From assembly GCA_963695825.1 (NCBI GenBank), contig CAVOHX010000009.1, forward strand, positions 1,292 through 65,291: a stretch of 64,000 nt of DNA, written 5' to 3'. Within the stretch, counting starts at the first letter, position 1; the number at the start of each line of letters is the position of its first letter. Positions 24,902-34,100 of this stretch are shown piece by piece. The notes under the pieces are model-generated. The model did not search any database. It was not told the DNA's origin and saw only the letters and a program-made list of their open reading frames with translations. The position numbers and the translations under genes were made by a program. Source of the DNA: an uncultured Chloroflexia bacterium. Its GTDB lineage: Bacteria; Chloroflexota; Anaerolineae; Promineifilales; UBA4811.

Positions 24902-27574
24902 CTATTCGACGATCACGGTGGTAAAAGCCTCCACCGTGTTACCGTCCAAATCCTCGACGATGAACCCGACGATGTATTCGCCCGGCGCGGCGTCCAACTC
25001 TTCCCACATGAACATCTGATCGCCAAACGTCAGTGTCCCGCCTTGCACCCTGACAACCTGGGCAGCGCGGCCGTTCTGATCCAGATCCATCCACTTTTCC
25101 AGGACCGTAAACGTATCTCCGGTCTGGGGGATGATCTCACGCGGGGCGCCGGTGCCATCCGTCCCGGTGAAGCCAAACACCTGCCGCAAGAAGCCGTCGC
25201 GGAAGTAGAGCCTCGCATAACGTGACTCGCCGCCGTCGGCGTAGGTGTACAACCCCTCCACCGTATAGACGGCATCCTCGGGCGCCGCCCCATACACCTC
25301 TGGATCCAGCATGGCAATCACCGAATCCACGCCGTCGCTGATGGCGAACATGAGGGGCTCCCACTCGAATTCCATCGTAAAATCGGCCGATTCGCCCCAG
25401 TCAGGGTAGTACACACCGTCGATCTCGCGCGTCTCCAGGCTCTCCAGGTAATCGGTGTCGGCCACAAAGATCGAGTTGGATTCCTGGTCGTAATAGCCCA
25501 CAAAGAGATAGACATGGCCGATGTTCTGCCCGCTAATGTCGGCGCTGAGAATCACCGGCCGTCCAGGCGCTGCGACGTCGTCCGACAGAGTCACGGGGGA
25601 AACCTCGATCTGACCCGCCCCGGGCGCGATGATCTCCTCCGTCCGCTCCGGCACCACCACAGCGGCCGCCGCCGGCTCAAAGGCGCGACCCGTATAGTGA
25701 AAGGCGAGATAGTCATCCCACAAAGTCTCGGATGCAAACCGGCTGGCGATGGCAGTGTAGGATTGAGGCCCGGTCCGTGGGTCACGGTAGTGCTGCGAAG
25801 TGGGAAAGTAGATCGATATGCCGGTAGCGCCGCTCTTGTTGGCGCCATGCTTCTCGGCGACTACCGCCCTTGACATCGAGCTCAACAGGCGATCGGCCGC
25901 CTGGTTCACGTCGCTGTTGGTGCTCTCTCGTATGAGCAACCGGGTAAAGCTGCCCAGGTCGATATACGAGGGCGGAGAATCTTTGCCAAAGACGCTGGTG
26001 AAGGACTGCGCGTAGGTCCGGGCGCGGGCCACCATGGGCTGCTGATCCCCCTGCAGAGCAAAGGAGAGCGCGTTAAAGCTGTTGATCAACTCGGGCAGAG
26101 CCGAGAGGTCGATGGCTGACAGCGTGATGTTCTGCTCCATCTGCTGCACCAGTTGCTCAGGAGACGCCGTTCCGCCGCCGCCAATCAGCAGGCTAAACAA
26201 CCCACCCAGCGGAGAACCCGCTCTGAGCAATTCCGAGCGGGCCTGGTCATCGGCAAAGCGCCGGTCGTCCCGGATATAGCTATCGACGATCAGGCGGCCG
26301 AGTTGAGCGCCGTCCATGTCTGGATTCGCTACCAGCGCCTCCAAAAAGCCAGCATACGCCCAGCCGACAGCCGGCTCGGTTTCCTGCGAGGCAACGGCAT
26401 AGCGCGCGTGGGGCGCGAGGGCCGCATAGACCTCCAGGTGCCCCATCAGGCAGGCATCCATGCCGATCAGCTCGAACTTGTCGATGCCGGTTCGTGTCCG
26501 TATTTCGCCCAACGCCTCGTCAATCTCCATCAGGTAGAGTTCATCGCCCAGCGCGGCCGACAATGGGATGTCAGGGTCGCCCCGGCCGCCGGGGGCAGGG
26601 TCGCTCCAGCCACCGGGCCACCCCATCCCGTGATCGGACATGATCAACACATACTTGTCGGCCGGAAAGGTTTGGTGCGCCCAGATGACAAAGTCTACGA
26701 GCGTGGCCCCGTCGGACATGTTTACCTCACCCAGGTCCGCCATCTGTTGCGAGTGCACCCGGTGCAGGTCCTCATCCCGGGTGATGTAAAAGCGCTTGGC
26801 AGACGTCCAATCTCCATCCCCCTGATACCCGGCCTGATAGCGATCTACCTGGGTGACGATGTGAACCCGGTCACTGGAACCGATCTGTTCCGCCTCGTTC
26901 AGGTCCCAGTAAATATCCTGCTCCAGAATCTTGTCGTCGGCGTCCTGATAGAGCATCACCAGCCAGGTCTCTTCGCCGGACGACGGGGCCGGCAGTTCAA
27001 ACGCCTCGGTGGGCTGAGGCGGAGGCTCAGTGGCGACTGATTCTACAGGAAGTTGGGGGGCAGGCTCGGTGGCGACCGATTCCAAAGGGCGCTCGGTGGG
27101 AAGCTGTGGCAAGTCCTGGCCCGTGTCAAATAGCCCCGTGATCAGCATCACAGGTATGGCGCACAGAGCGAGCAGCACGACGATGCCGATCGTCAACAGC
27201 GAATTGCGCCCGCCGATGGGCAGGGAGATTTGACCCCCGGCCGGACGTGGCGTCGTTGACGGCCGGGGCACAGAGGTCGATGGGCGCGGCCGCGCATACG
27301 TTCCGCTTGGAGGTGGTGCCTGTGTTCCCTCGTCCGATCTCCCTCGCCGCGGGGCCTCAGCCCGTTGGCGCTTGCCCTGTGAATCGGTTCGGCGCCGGCG
27401 GCCGGCCTGCACCGTCGGTTTCTTGCCCTTGTCGGCGCCCGACGTCCCCTTGGCCAAGACGACGAATTCGCGTTCTGGCCCGGCTGGCGCATTGCCCAAC
27501 TCTGCTGGCGTCAACCCGGCCGGCAGGAGCGTCATCGGGCGGACGGCATCCAGTATCCCCTTGATCAAGTTCAT
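24902..27574 (-). CDS. Membrane-anchored clostripain-family (peptidase C11) protease with a Pro/Arg-rich N-terminal region and a large C-terminal domain
   Basis: ATG 27574 follows AAAGGAGAGAAG. One TM helix (LLTIGIVVLLALCAIPVMLITGLF). The C11 core is WLVMLYQDADD...YVLIMSDHGMGWPGG...ELIGMDACLMG, giving the His/Cys dyad. Confidence 0.75.
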   Translation of the reverse strand: MNLIKGILDAVRPMTLLPAGLTPAELGNAPAGPEREFVVLAKGTSGADKGKKPTVQAGRRRRTDSQGKRQRAEAPRRGRSDEGTQAPPPSGTYARPRPSTSVPRPSTTPRPAGGQISLPIGGRNSLLTIGIVVLLALCAIPVMLITGLFDTGQDLPQLPTERPLESVATEPAPQLPVESVATEPPPQPTEAFELPAPSSGEETWLVMLYQDADDKILEQDIYWDLNEAEQIGSSDRVHIVTQVDRYQAGYQGDGDWTSAKRFYITRDEDLHRVHSQQMADLGEVNMSDGATLVDFVIWAHQTFPADKYVLIMSDHGMGWPGGWSDPAPGGRGDPDIPLSAALGDELYLMEIDEALGEIRTRTGIDKFELIGMDACLMGHLEVYAALAPHARYAVASQETEPAVGWAYAGFLEALVANPDMDGAQLGRLIVDSYIRDDRRFADDQARSELLRAGSPLGGLFSLLIGGGGTASPEQLVQQMEQNITLSAIDLSALPELINSFNALSFALQGDQQPMVARARTYAQSFTSVFGKDSPPSYIDLGSFTRLLIRESTNSDVNQAADRLLSSMSRAVVAEKHGANKSGATGISIYFPTSQHYRDPRTGPQSYTAIASRFASETLWDDYLAFHYTGRAFEPAAAAVVVPERTEEIIAPGAGQIEVSPVTLSDDVAAPGRPVILSADISGQNIGHVYLFVGYYDQESNSIFVADTDYLESLETREIDGVYYPDWGESADFTMEFEWEPLMFAISDGVDSVIAMLDPEVYGAAPEDAVYTVEGLYTYADGGESRYARLYFRDGFLRQVFGFTGTDGTGAPREIIPQTGDTFTVLEKWMDLDQNGRAAQVVRVQGGTLTFGDQMFMWEELDAAPGEYIVGFIVEDLDGNTVEAFTTVIVE

Positions 27575-27777
27575 CTTCTCTCCTTTGTGCAGATCTGGCA
27601 GAGAGCTATGCTTCGCGCGCACATCACCCTCTCAGCCCACCGCCGGCCTTTTGGCCCCACAACAGGCATGGCGATCATTATACCAGCCCTATCCGCCTCA
27701 CACCAACCGCCAGAATCGTGACCGGGTTGCCGCCGTTCTGGTTGTATGCGACAATTGGCTCTCTGGAGGTGAATTGA

Positions 27778-28914
27778 ATGCAAGTGTTGACAGTTGATAT
27801 TGGCACCGGGACCCAGGACGTCTTTTTGTTTGATTCGGATCTGGACCTGGAGAACGGATACAAGCTCATTGTCCCGTCTCCGACGATGATGTTTTACCGG
27901 CGAATACACCAGGCGACCAGGCAGGGCCGGCCGGTGGTGTTGACCGGCGTCCTGATGGGGGGTGGGCCGGTCAGTTGGGCGGCGCGGGACCACGTCCGGG
28001 CGGGAAACCGGCTGTACGCTACGCCGGCGGCTGCGCGAACCTTTAACGACGATCTGGAGGCAGTGCAGCGCGAGCTGGGGGTGATGTTGGTCAGCGTAGA
28101 CGAGGCCGCCGCCGTGGGCGGGGACCCTGTCCGGATCGAACTGAAGGATTTCGATTACGCCATGATCGCGGCCGCCTTTCAGCAGTTTGGCTACGAGTTG
28201 GACCCCGATGTACTGGCGGTGGCTGTGTTTGACCATGGGGACGCGCCTCCAGGGGTCTCGGATCGCCAGTATCGGTTTGACTATCTCGACGAGCGGATTC
28301 GCGCCAAGAACAGTTTGGCGACCTTTGCTTTTCGCTCGGACGAGGTGCCGACCATCATGACCCGGCTGCAGGCGGTGGTGGACTCGGCCGGCGGGCTGGA
28401 TCGGCCGCTGATGGTGATGGACACGGCGCCGGTGGCCGTGCTTGGGGCAACGCTGGACCCGCGCGTCGCTGCCCGGGATCAGGTGCTGGTTGCCAACATT
28501 GGCAACTTTCACTGCCTTGCCTTTCGCCTGGGCGATGGGATAGAGGGGGTCTTTGAGCATCACACGGGCGAGGTGACGGCCGAGCGGCTGGACCAACTGA
28601 TCGACGCGCTGGCTGACGCCAGCCTTCGGCACGTCGATGTCTATGAGGATCACGGGCACGGTGCGCTCATGTACCGCCCGACGCCGATGGCGCTGACGGC
28701 TGGCGATTTTGGGGTCGCCGTCACGGGGCCTCGCCGCAACATGATGCTGACGAGCCGGCATCGGCCCTATTTTGCCGTGCCGCATGGCGACATGATGATC
28801 GCCGGGTGCTTTGGAATGCTGTGTGCGTTGCCAGAGGTGTTTCCCGAGTACGCTGGCCCGGTGGTAGAGTCGTTGTCGGGTGCGGGCGGCCTGCCTCCCT
28901 GGGAGGCGGGTTAA
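27778..28914 (+). CDS. DUF1786-like (ASKHA-fold) protein
   Basis: MQVLTVDIGTGTQDVFLFD... matches an actin-like ATPase phosphate-1 motif. 378-aa intact ORF. Confidence 0.55.
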   Translation: MQVLTVDIGTGTQDVFLFDSDLDLENGYKLIVPSPTMMFYRRIHQATRQGRPVVLTGVLMGGGPVSWAARDHVRAGNRLYATPAAARTFNDDLEAVQRELGVMLVSVDEAAAVGGDPVRIELKDFDYAMIAAAFQQFGYELDPDVLAVAVFDHGDAPPGVSDRQYRFDYLDERIRAKNSLATFAFRSDEVPTIMTRLQAVVDSAGGLDRPLMVMDTAPVAVLGATLDPRVAARDQVLVANIGNFHCLAFRLGDGIEGVFEHHTGEVTAERLDQLIDALADASLRHVDVYEDHGHGALMYRPTPMALTAGDFGVAVTGPRRNMMLTSRHRPYFAVPHGDMMIAGCFGMLCALPEVFPEYAGPVVESLSGAGGLPPWEAG

Positions 28915-29410
28915 CGAACAAGAGGTCACTCTGTCCAACAAGTTGCGAGCCAGCGCCCAGCGCGTGCAGGACACGCTGCAAGCGTTGGGGTTTTCCGCTC
29001 AAGTGATCGAGTTGCCGGCGACGATCCGTAGCGCCCAAGAGGCGGCACAGGCGATCGGGTGTCGCGTGGAGCCAATCGCCAAGTCAGTGGTTTTCCGGGG
29101 CCAAGAGTCCGGTGAGCCAGTGCTGGTCATAGCCAGTGGCAGCAACCGGGTGAACGAAGAGCGACTGGCGCAGCTAATCGGCCAACCGGCAGAGAAACCG
29201 TCGGCCGAGTATGTGCGAGAGCGCACCGGTTTTTCCATCGGGGGTGTGCCACCGGTGGGTCACACGCAGCCCATCAGGACCCTGGTCGATCAGGCGCTGA
29301 CAGACCTGGATGGAATCTGGGCGGCGGCCGGTACGCCGGTCGCGGTATTCAAGCTAACACCAGAGAATCTGGTCCACCTGACGGGTGGGCAGGTAGTCAA
29401 CATCACGTGA
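28880..29410 (+). CDS. YbaK/ProX-type aminoacyl-tRNA editing domain protein (start uncertain)
   Basis: …VQDTLQALGFSAQVIELPATIRSAQEAAQAIGCRVEPIAKSVVFRG...FSIGGVPPVGH... The listed start overlaps the upstream gene. Confidence 0.65.
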   Translation: MRAACLPGRRVNEQEVTLSNKLRASAQRVQDTLQALGFSAQVIELPATIRSAQEAAQAIGCRVEPIAKSVVFRGQESGEPVLVIASGSNRVNEERLAQLIGQPAEKPSAEYVRERTGFSIGGVPPVGHTQPIRTLVDQALTDLDGIWAAAGTPVAVFKLTPENLVHLTGGQVVNIT

Positions 29411-29419
29411 GCGGCCGGT

Positions 29420-31168
29420 ATGGGAGGTCTGGTGGGCATGGATAGCGCTGCTCGCCTGTCAGCGGTGGCGGACTTTCGCCGCGCGCGGAACCGGGCTGAT
29501 CTGCAGCGGCTTGTCGCCCGGGTGACGGGCAAGCCGTCTGACCTGCTGTCCTACGACGAAGTGCGGCGCAAGCTGCGAGCGTCGGGCCAGACACGCCGCG
29601 GCCGGCAGCAGATACCGCTAGACGCAATTGTGGGCAGCGCCGGGCGATACCAGGACTTTACGCGGTCCTTTCTGCCGCGCCTCGATAGTGACGAGGATCG
29701 CTGGGCGCGGGTGCACGCTGCGATGATTGGCATGGGAGGACTGCCCCCGATCGAGGTCTACCAGATCGGCCAAGTCTATTTCGTAGTAGATGGCAATCAT
29801 CGCGTGTCGGTCGCGCGTCAGTTGGGCGCTCCCACCATCGAGGCCTATGTGACCGAGCTCGACGCGCGGGTGCCGCTCACGCCTGACGCGGGCCATGAGG
29901 AATTGATCATCCGGGCAGAGCAGGTAGAGTTTCTGGAAAAGACCGGTCTGGACGAGCTGCGACCCGGGGCTGATCTGACGGTTACCACCTCCGGCCGGTA
30001 CCAAGCGCTGTTGGAGCACATTGATGTGCACCGATACTTTTCGGGTTTGGAGAAACGACGCGAGATTCCCTACCCAGAGGCAGTTGCGCATTGGTACGAT
30101 GCAGTCTATCGTCCGGCCGTCAAGATTGTCCGGCGACGGGGACTCTTGAGGGACTTTCCAGGCCGGACCGAGACTGATCTCTACCTGTGGCTCGCAGAGC
30201 ACCGAGCGGCCCTGGAAGAAGAATTGGGTTGGGAGGTCAGCCCGGTGGCGGCGGCCGACGACCTCGTCGAGCAGGAGAGCGGTGGTCCAGGGCGGGTGTT
30301 GGCGCGGGTTGGCGAACGGGTGTTGGACGCGCTGGTGCCGGACGCCCTGGAAGCGGGGCCTGCTCCTGGCGTTTGGCGTCGCGGCGACATCGAATGCCAT
30401 GAAGAGTCCCTGTTCCCCGACATTCTGGTGCCGGTCGGTAGGGACGAGGGCGCCTGGGTGGCGCTCGAGCAGGCGCTGCTGATTGCCCGGCGTGAGGAGA
30501 GTTATCTGCACGGACTGCACGTGGCGCGAAACAAGGCCAAATTCAAGACGCAAGCGCCGTCTGCGATTCAAGAACGCTTTGAACGTCGATGCCAACAGGA
30601 GGGCATTCCCGGCCGGCTTACGTTGAGGACCGGCAAGGTGGCGCGGCAAATCTGCGCCAGCGCACGCTGGGCGCACCTGGTGGTGGTGCGGCTAAACCAT
30701 CCACCGGCCCCCGACCGGCTGGCGCGCCTGGGATCTGGTTTCCGCGAGCTGGTGCGACGATGCCCACGCCCCATCCTCACGGTGAGGTCCGAGTTGTCAA
30801 CTATGGACCGGGCGTTGCTTGCCTTTGATGGCAGCCCCAAAGCGCGTGAGGCGCTCTATATCGCGGCCTACCTTGCATGTGCGTGGGGGACCGGCCTGGT
30901 GGTGCTTGCCGTGGCCGAGCCTGGGCGGCCGGCTGAACCTGTTCTGGACCAGGCCGGCGAATACTTGCAGCGGCGAGACGTGGATGCCAAGTTGGTGCAA
31001 GAGTCCGGCCCGGTTGCTGAGACCATCTTGCGCATCGCAGACCGGGAGGTGGCCGACCTTCTCATAATGGGCGGCTATGGCCTTCAGCCGCTTGCCGAGG
31101 TGGTCCTGGGCAGCGCAGTGGATCAGGTGCTGCGCCAGAGTTTTCGGCCGGTTTTGATCTGCCGCTAG
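29420..31168 (+). CDS. ParB-like nuclease domain protein fused to tandem universal-stress-protein (UspA) domains
   Basis: N-terminal part: IEVYQIGQVYFVVDGNHRVSVARQLG. The C-terminal half has two USP-like modules (…ILVPVGRDEGAW…; …ALLAFDGSPKAREAL...LLIMGGYGLQPLAEVVLGSAVDQVLRQSFRPVLI). Confidence 0.6.
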   Translation: MGGLVGMDSAARLSAVADFRRARNRADLQRLVARVTGKPSDLLSYDEVRRKLRASGQTRRGRQQIPLDAIVGSAGRYQDFTRSFLPRLDSDEDRWARVHAAMIGMGGLPPIEVYQIGQVYFVVDGNHRVSVARQLGAPTIEAYVTELDARVPLTPDAGHEELIIRAEQVEFLEKTGLDELRPGADLTVTTSGRYQALLEHIDVHRYFSGLEKRREIPYPEAVAHWYDAVYRPAVKIVRRRGLLRDFPGRTETDLYLWLAEHRAALEEELGWEVSPVAAADDLVEQESGGPGRVLARVGERVLDALVPDALEAGPAPGVWRRGDIECHEESLFPDILVPVGRDEGAWVALEQALLIARREESYLHGLHVARNKAKFKTQAPSAIQERFERRCQQEGIPGRLTLRTGKVARQICASARWAHLVVVRLNHPPAPDRLARLGSGFRELVRRCPRPILTVRSELSTMDRALLAFDGSPKAREALYIAAYLACAWGTGLVVLAVAEPGRPAEPVLDQAGEYLQRRDVDAKLVQESGPVAETILRIADREVADLLIMGGYGLQPLAEVVLGSAVDQVLRQSFRPVLICR

Positions 31169-31229
31169 CGCCCAGGCGCTGGGCAAGCGGTTTTTTGCCC
31201 GCCAGGCGCTGGCGTGCTACAATCGGATC

Positions 31230-31679
31230 ATGGCTTGGCTCTCCGCGGCAAGGAACAAGGTGAGCTTGGCGCTGTTGTTGGCGGGGATTTTGGCTGTCGC
31301 CATCTCTGTCAGAGCAGACGCGCTAGGGCTCGACCTCACGCCTGGCTTTGGCCTGGTACAGATTCTGGGGGTGTTGGCCGGGATCACGTTGATCACCGCG
31401 GCCAGCTTGATATTCCTGGGTCGTCATCGCTCTGCGGGTATGCGCACCTCGCTGCTCGCGGATGTGGGGCTACGAATGGGCCTGACAGGGTTGGTGGCTT
31501 GCTATATCTCTGGAGTGGCGGACATGGTCGGCGTTGGTACCCATCAAGGGTACCTTAATCTGCGCCCTTTTTTGGGCCCGCTCCAATTGGCTGGGTTGGG
31601 GGTGGGACTGGGGATCACGCTATTGGGGGTGCTTTTATACTGGCTGGGTAGCCCGACAAGCGGGCCGAGAGACCTCTAG
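31230..31679 (+). CDS. Hypothetical integral membrane protein
   Basis: 149-aa ORF with about 4 hydrophobic segments. Confidence 0.45.
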   Translation: MAWLSAARNKVSLALLLAGILAVAISVRADALGLDLTPGFGLVQILGVLAGITLITAASLIFLGRHRSAGMRTSLLADVGLRMGLTGLVACYISGVADMVGVGTHQGYLNLRPFLGPLQLAGLGVGLGITLLGVLLYWLGSPTSGPRDL

Positions 31680-31701
31680 TCTGCCCTTTGCGCCAGCGCT
31701 C

Positions 31702-31710
31702 TGGTATAAT
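31702..31710 (+). promoter_or_regulatory. Extended -10 element (TGGTATAAT) upstream of secD
   Basis: TG-n-TATAAT at 31702-31710, ~85 nt upstream of the secD start. The -35 is weak. Confidence 0.4.
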
Positions 31711-31792
31711 TCCGACCGTGACCCGGCTGGAAGGTCGGCGCCGCCTCCCGTACCAAGGGAGGCGTCTTGGTTTATTCAGTACATGAGGCTTT

Positions 31793-33157
31793 ATGCAGAC
31801 CAACTATAACACGGGTCGATGGCTCATCCTTATCCTGCTGATCGTTGCTTTGACGGTGTGGATCAATCTCCCTGGCACCACCAACATGTTGGGAAGGCCG
31901 GTAGGTCTGCGGCAGGGGCTGGATCTGCAGGGCGGAGTGCAGGTTTTACTGGAGGCCGATGTCCCCCCGGATCAGCTGATTGACCCCGAGGACCTCAAGG
32001 TTGCGCGAACGATCATCGAGAACCGGGTGAACGGATTGGGGGTTACCGAGCCAGTCGTGCAGGTCCAGGGTGAACGACGGATCATCGTGGAGTTGCCGGG
32101 AATACAGGATCCCGACGAGGCCGTGCGCACCATCCAGGCGACGGCGCTGCTCGAGTTCGTCGCCGGAGACCCATACTTGATGGAAGGCGATGTGGTGTAC
32201 ACCACGTCCGGAGATGGCGTTGACTCGGCCGGCCTGGCAGCATACAAAGGGGTGGACCCAAGCTCAATTCTCGGCCCGTATCAACTGGTGTTGGCCGGGG
32301 ACGCTCTGCGCGAGGCGCGGGTGGATCAGGATCAGCTCGGTCAGTTTGCGGTTGCGTTCCGCCTCAAGCCCGAATGGGCCGATTTCTTTGAGCAATACAC
32401 GGCGGCGCATCGCGGTGAATTCTTGACCATTGTGCTTGACAAGCGTGTTATTTCCAACGCTGTCATCCGGGATTCGATCGGTGAGGCCGGGATTATTAGC
32501 GGCGGGGAAGGCGGCTTTGAGTACGAGGACGCGCAGCGGCTGGCGACGCAGTTGCGCTTTGGGAGTCTACCTATCCCGCTCCGGGTCGAGGGAAACACGA
32601 GCATTGGCCCGACGCTGGGCCACGAGTCGGTAGCGTCGAGCGTCCGCGCCGGCACCATCGGCGTGGTCATCGTGCTGCTCTTCATGGTGATATATTATCG
32701 CATCCCGGGGGTGCTGGCGGCGCTTGCGCTGGTCATCTATGCGTTGATCAACCTGGCGATCTATAAATACGTGCCGGTAACCCTCACTATGCCCGGCATC
32801 ACGGGCTTTTTGCTTTCGACCGGCATGGCGGTGGACGCCAACATTCTTGTGTTTGAGCGAATGAAAGAGGAATTGCGCGACGGCCGGAGTTTGAGAGGAT
32901 CGTTGGAGAACGCGTTCAGCCGCGCCTGGACCTCGATACGGGACTCGAACCTCTCGACGTTGATCAGTTGTGCGATTCTCTTTTACTTTGGCTCCAACTT
33001 TGGCGCCAGCATGGTAAAGGGGTTTGCATTGACCCTGGCATTGGGTGTGCTGATCAACATGTTCACAGCGATTCTGGTCACCCGAACGCTGACGCGCCTG
33101 GTTGTAGGATGGGCCGGCGATTGGCTCAAGGCGCGCCCCTGGAGCCTGGGGATATAG
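31793..33157 (+). CDS. secD: Protein translocase subunit SecD
   Basis: 454 aa. …GLDLQGGVQVLLEA…RIIVELPG…, with a C-terminal 6-TM bundle, directly followed by secF. Confidence 0.9.
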   Translation: MQTNYNTGRWLILILLIVALTVWINLPGTTNMLGRPVGLRQGLDLQGGVQVLLEADVPPDQLIDPEDLKVARTIIENRVNGLGVTEPVVQVQGERRIIVELPGIQDPDEAVRTIQATALLEFVAGDPYLMEGDVVYTTSGDGVDSAGLAAYKGVDPSSILGPYQLVLAGDALREARVDQDQLGQFAVAFRLKPEWADFFEQYTAAHRGEFLTIVLDKRVISNAVIRDSIGEAGIISGGEGGFEYEDAQRLATQLRFGSLPIPLRVEGNTSIGPTLGHESVASSVRAGTIGVVIVLLFMVIYYRIPGVLAALALVIYALINLAIYKYVPVTLTMPGITGFLLSTGMAVDANILVFERMKEELRDGRSLRGSLENAFSRAWTSIRDSNLSTLISCAILFYFGSNFGASMVKGFALTLALGVLINMFTAILVTRTLTRLVVGWAGDWLKARPWSLGI

Positions 33158-33169
33158 GGAGGGGCGACG

Positions 33170-34093
33170 ATGTATAACATTGTGGAACGACGACGCTGGT
33201 ATTTTCTGTTTTCGGGGATAGTGATACTGATCGGCCTTGCCGCCATGGGCTATTCAATCATTTCCCTCGACACCCATACCCCGTTTCCACTCAGCGTGGA
33301 CTTTCGGAGCGGCACCCGGTTCGTGCTGCGTTTCCAAGAGCCTATCAGCGAAGGGGAGATACGAGAGGTCTTTGCGGATCATGGCGTGAGCAACCCATCG
33401 GTGACCCGCCTGGGCGAGTCTGAAGCAAACACCTGGCAAATCCGCTCCGAGTTTCTGTCGGCCGACGCGTCGCAAACCATCAAGAGTTCGCTGGCGGCAG
33501 TAGCCCCCATTGATGAGAACCAGACCGAGGTGGACAGCGTGAGCCCGTCAGTGGGCGGCGAGGTGACGCGAGCGGCCGCGTTGGCGGTCCTGGTGGCCGC
33601 GGTGGCGATTCTCCTCTTTATTCTGGTGGCGTTTCGCCAGGTACCCAACGCTTTTCGATATGGTGCGTGCGCCATTGCCGCCATGGCCCACGACATTCTG
33701 GTGGCGATGGGTTTCATGTCCATCGCTGGCTTGCTCTTGGGGTGGGAGGCGGATTCTCTCTTTCTGACCGCCATGCTCACGGTGATTGGCTTTTCGGTCC
33801 AGGACACGATCGTCGTGTTTGACCGCATACGAGAGAATATACCCAAGCGCAAGAACGAGAATTACGAGACGGTGGTCAATCGGAGCATTCTGGAGACTGT
33901 GCATCGCTCGTTGGCCACACAACTGAACGCGATCTTTGTCATGGTGGCGCTCCTATTATTCGGCGGCGCCTCCATCCAGCAGTTCATCGCCGTGTTGTTG
34001 GTGGGCATGCTGTCCGGGACCTATAGCTCGATTTTCACTGCCGTGCCGTTGTTGGTCGCCTGGGAAAAGGGCCAATTGCCGTTGTTGAGATAG
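33170..34093 (+). CDS. secF: Protein translocase subunit SecF
   Basis: 307 aa. …DFRSGTRF…, …HDILVAMGFMSIAG…VIGFSVQDTIVVFDRIRE…. Confidence 0.9.
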   Translation: MYNIVERRRWYFLFSGIVILIGLAAMGYSIISLDTHTPFPLSVDFRSGTRFVLRFQEPISEGEIREVFADHGVSNPSVTRLGESEANTWQIRSEFLSADASQTIKSSLAAVAPIDENQTEVDSVSPSVGGEVTRAAALAVLVAAVAILLFILVAFRQVPNAFRYGACAIAAMAHDILVAMGFMSIAGLLLGWEADSLFLTAMLTVIGFSVQDTIVVFDRIRENIPKRKNENYETVVNRSILETVHRSLATQLNAIFVMVALLLFGGASIQQFIAVLLVGMLSGTYSSIFTAVPLLVAWEKGQLPLLR

Positions 34094-34100
34094 GGAACGG

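Noticed and set aside
27571-28974. 467-aa minus-strand ORF, one of the longest in the track
   Set aside because: It is exactly antisense to the DUF1786-like gene. It is Arg/His/Pro-rich with no motif, a typical shadow ORF of GC-rich DNA. The same reasoning applies to 29618..30676(-), 2667..3377(-), 22115..22876(+), 26153..27040(+), 33379..33852(-) and 50258..50851(-).
31720-31793. Hairpins in the secD 5' leader (CCGACC...GGTCGG and GCCTCCC-GTACCAA-GGGAGGC) considered as a riboswitch
   Set aside because: No match to any riboswitch consensus I can recall. There is no T-tract after the second stem, so it may simply be mRNA structure.
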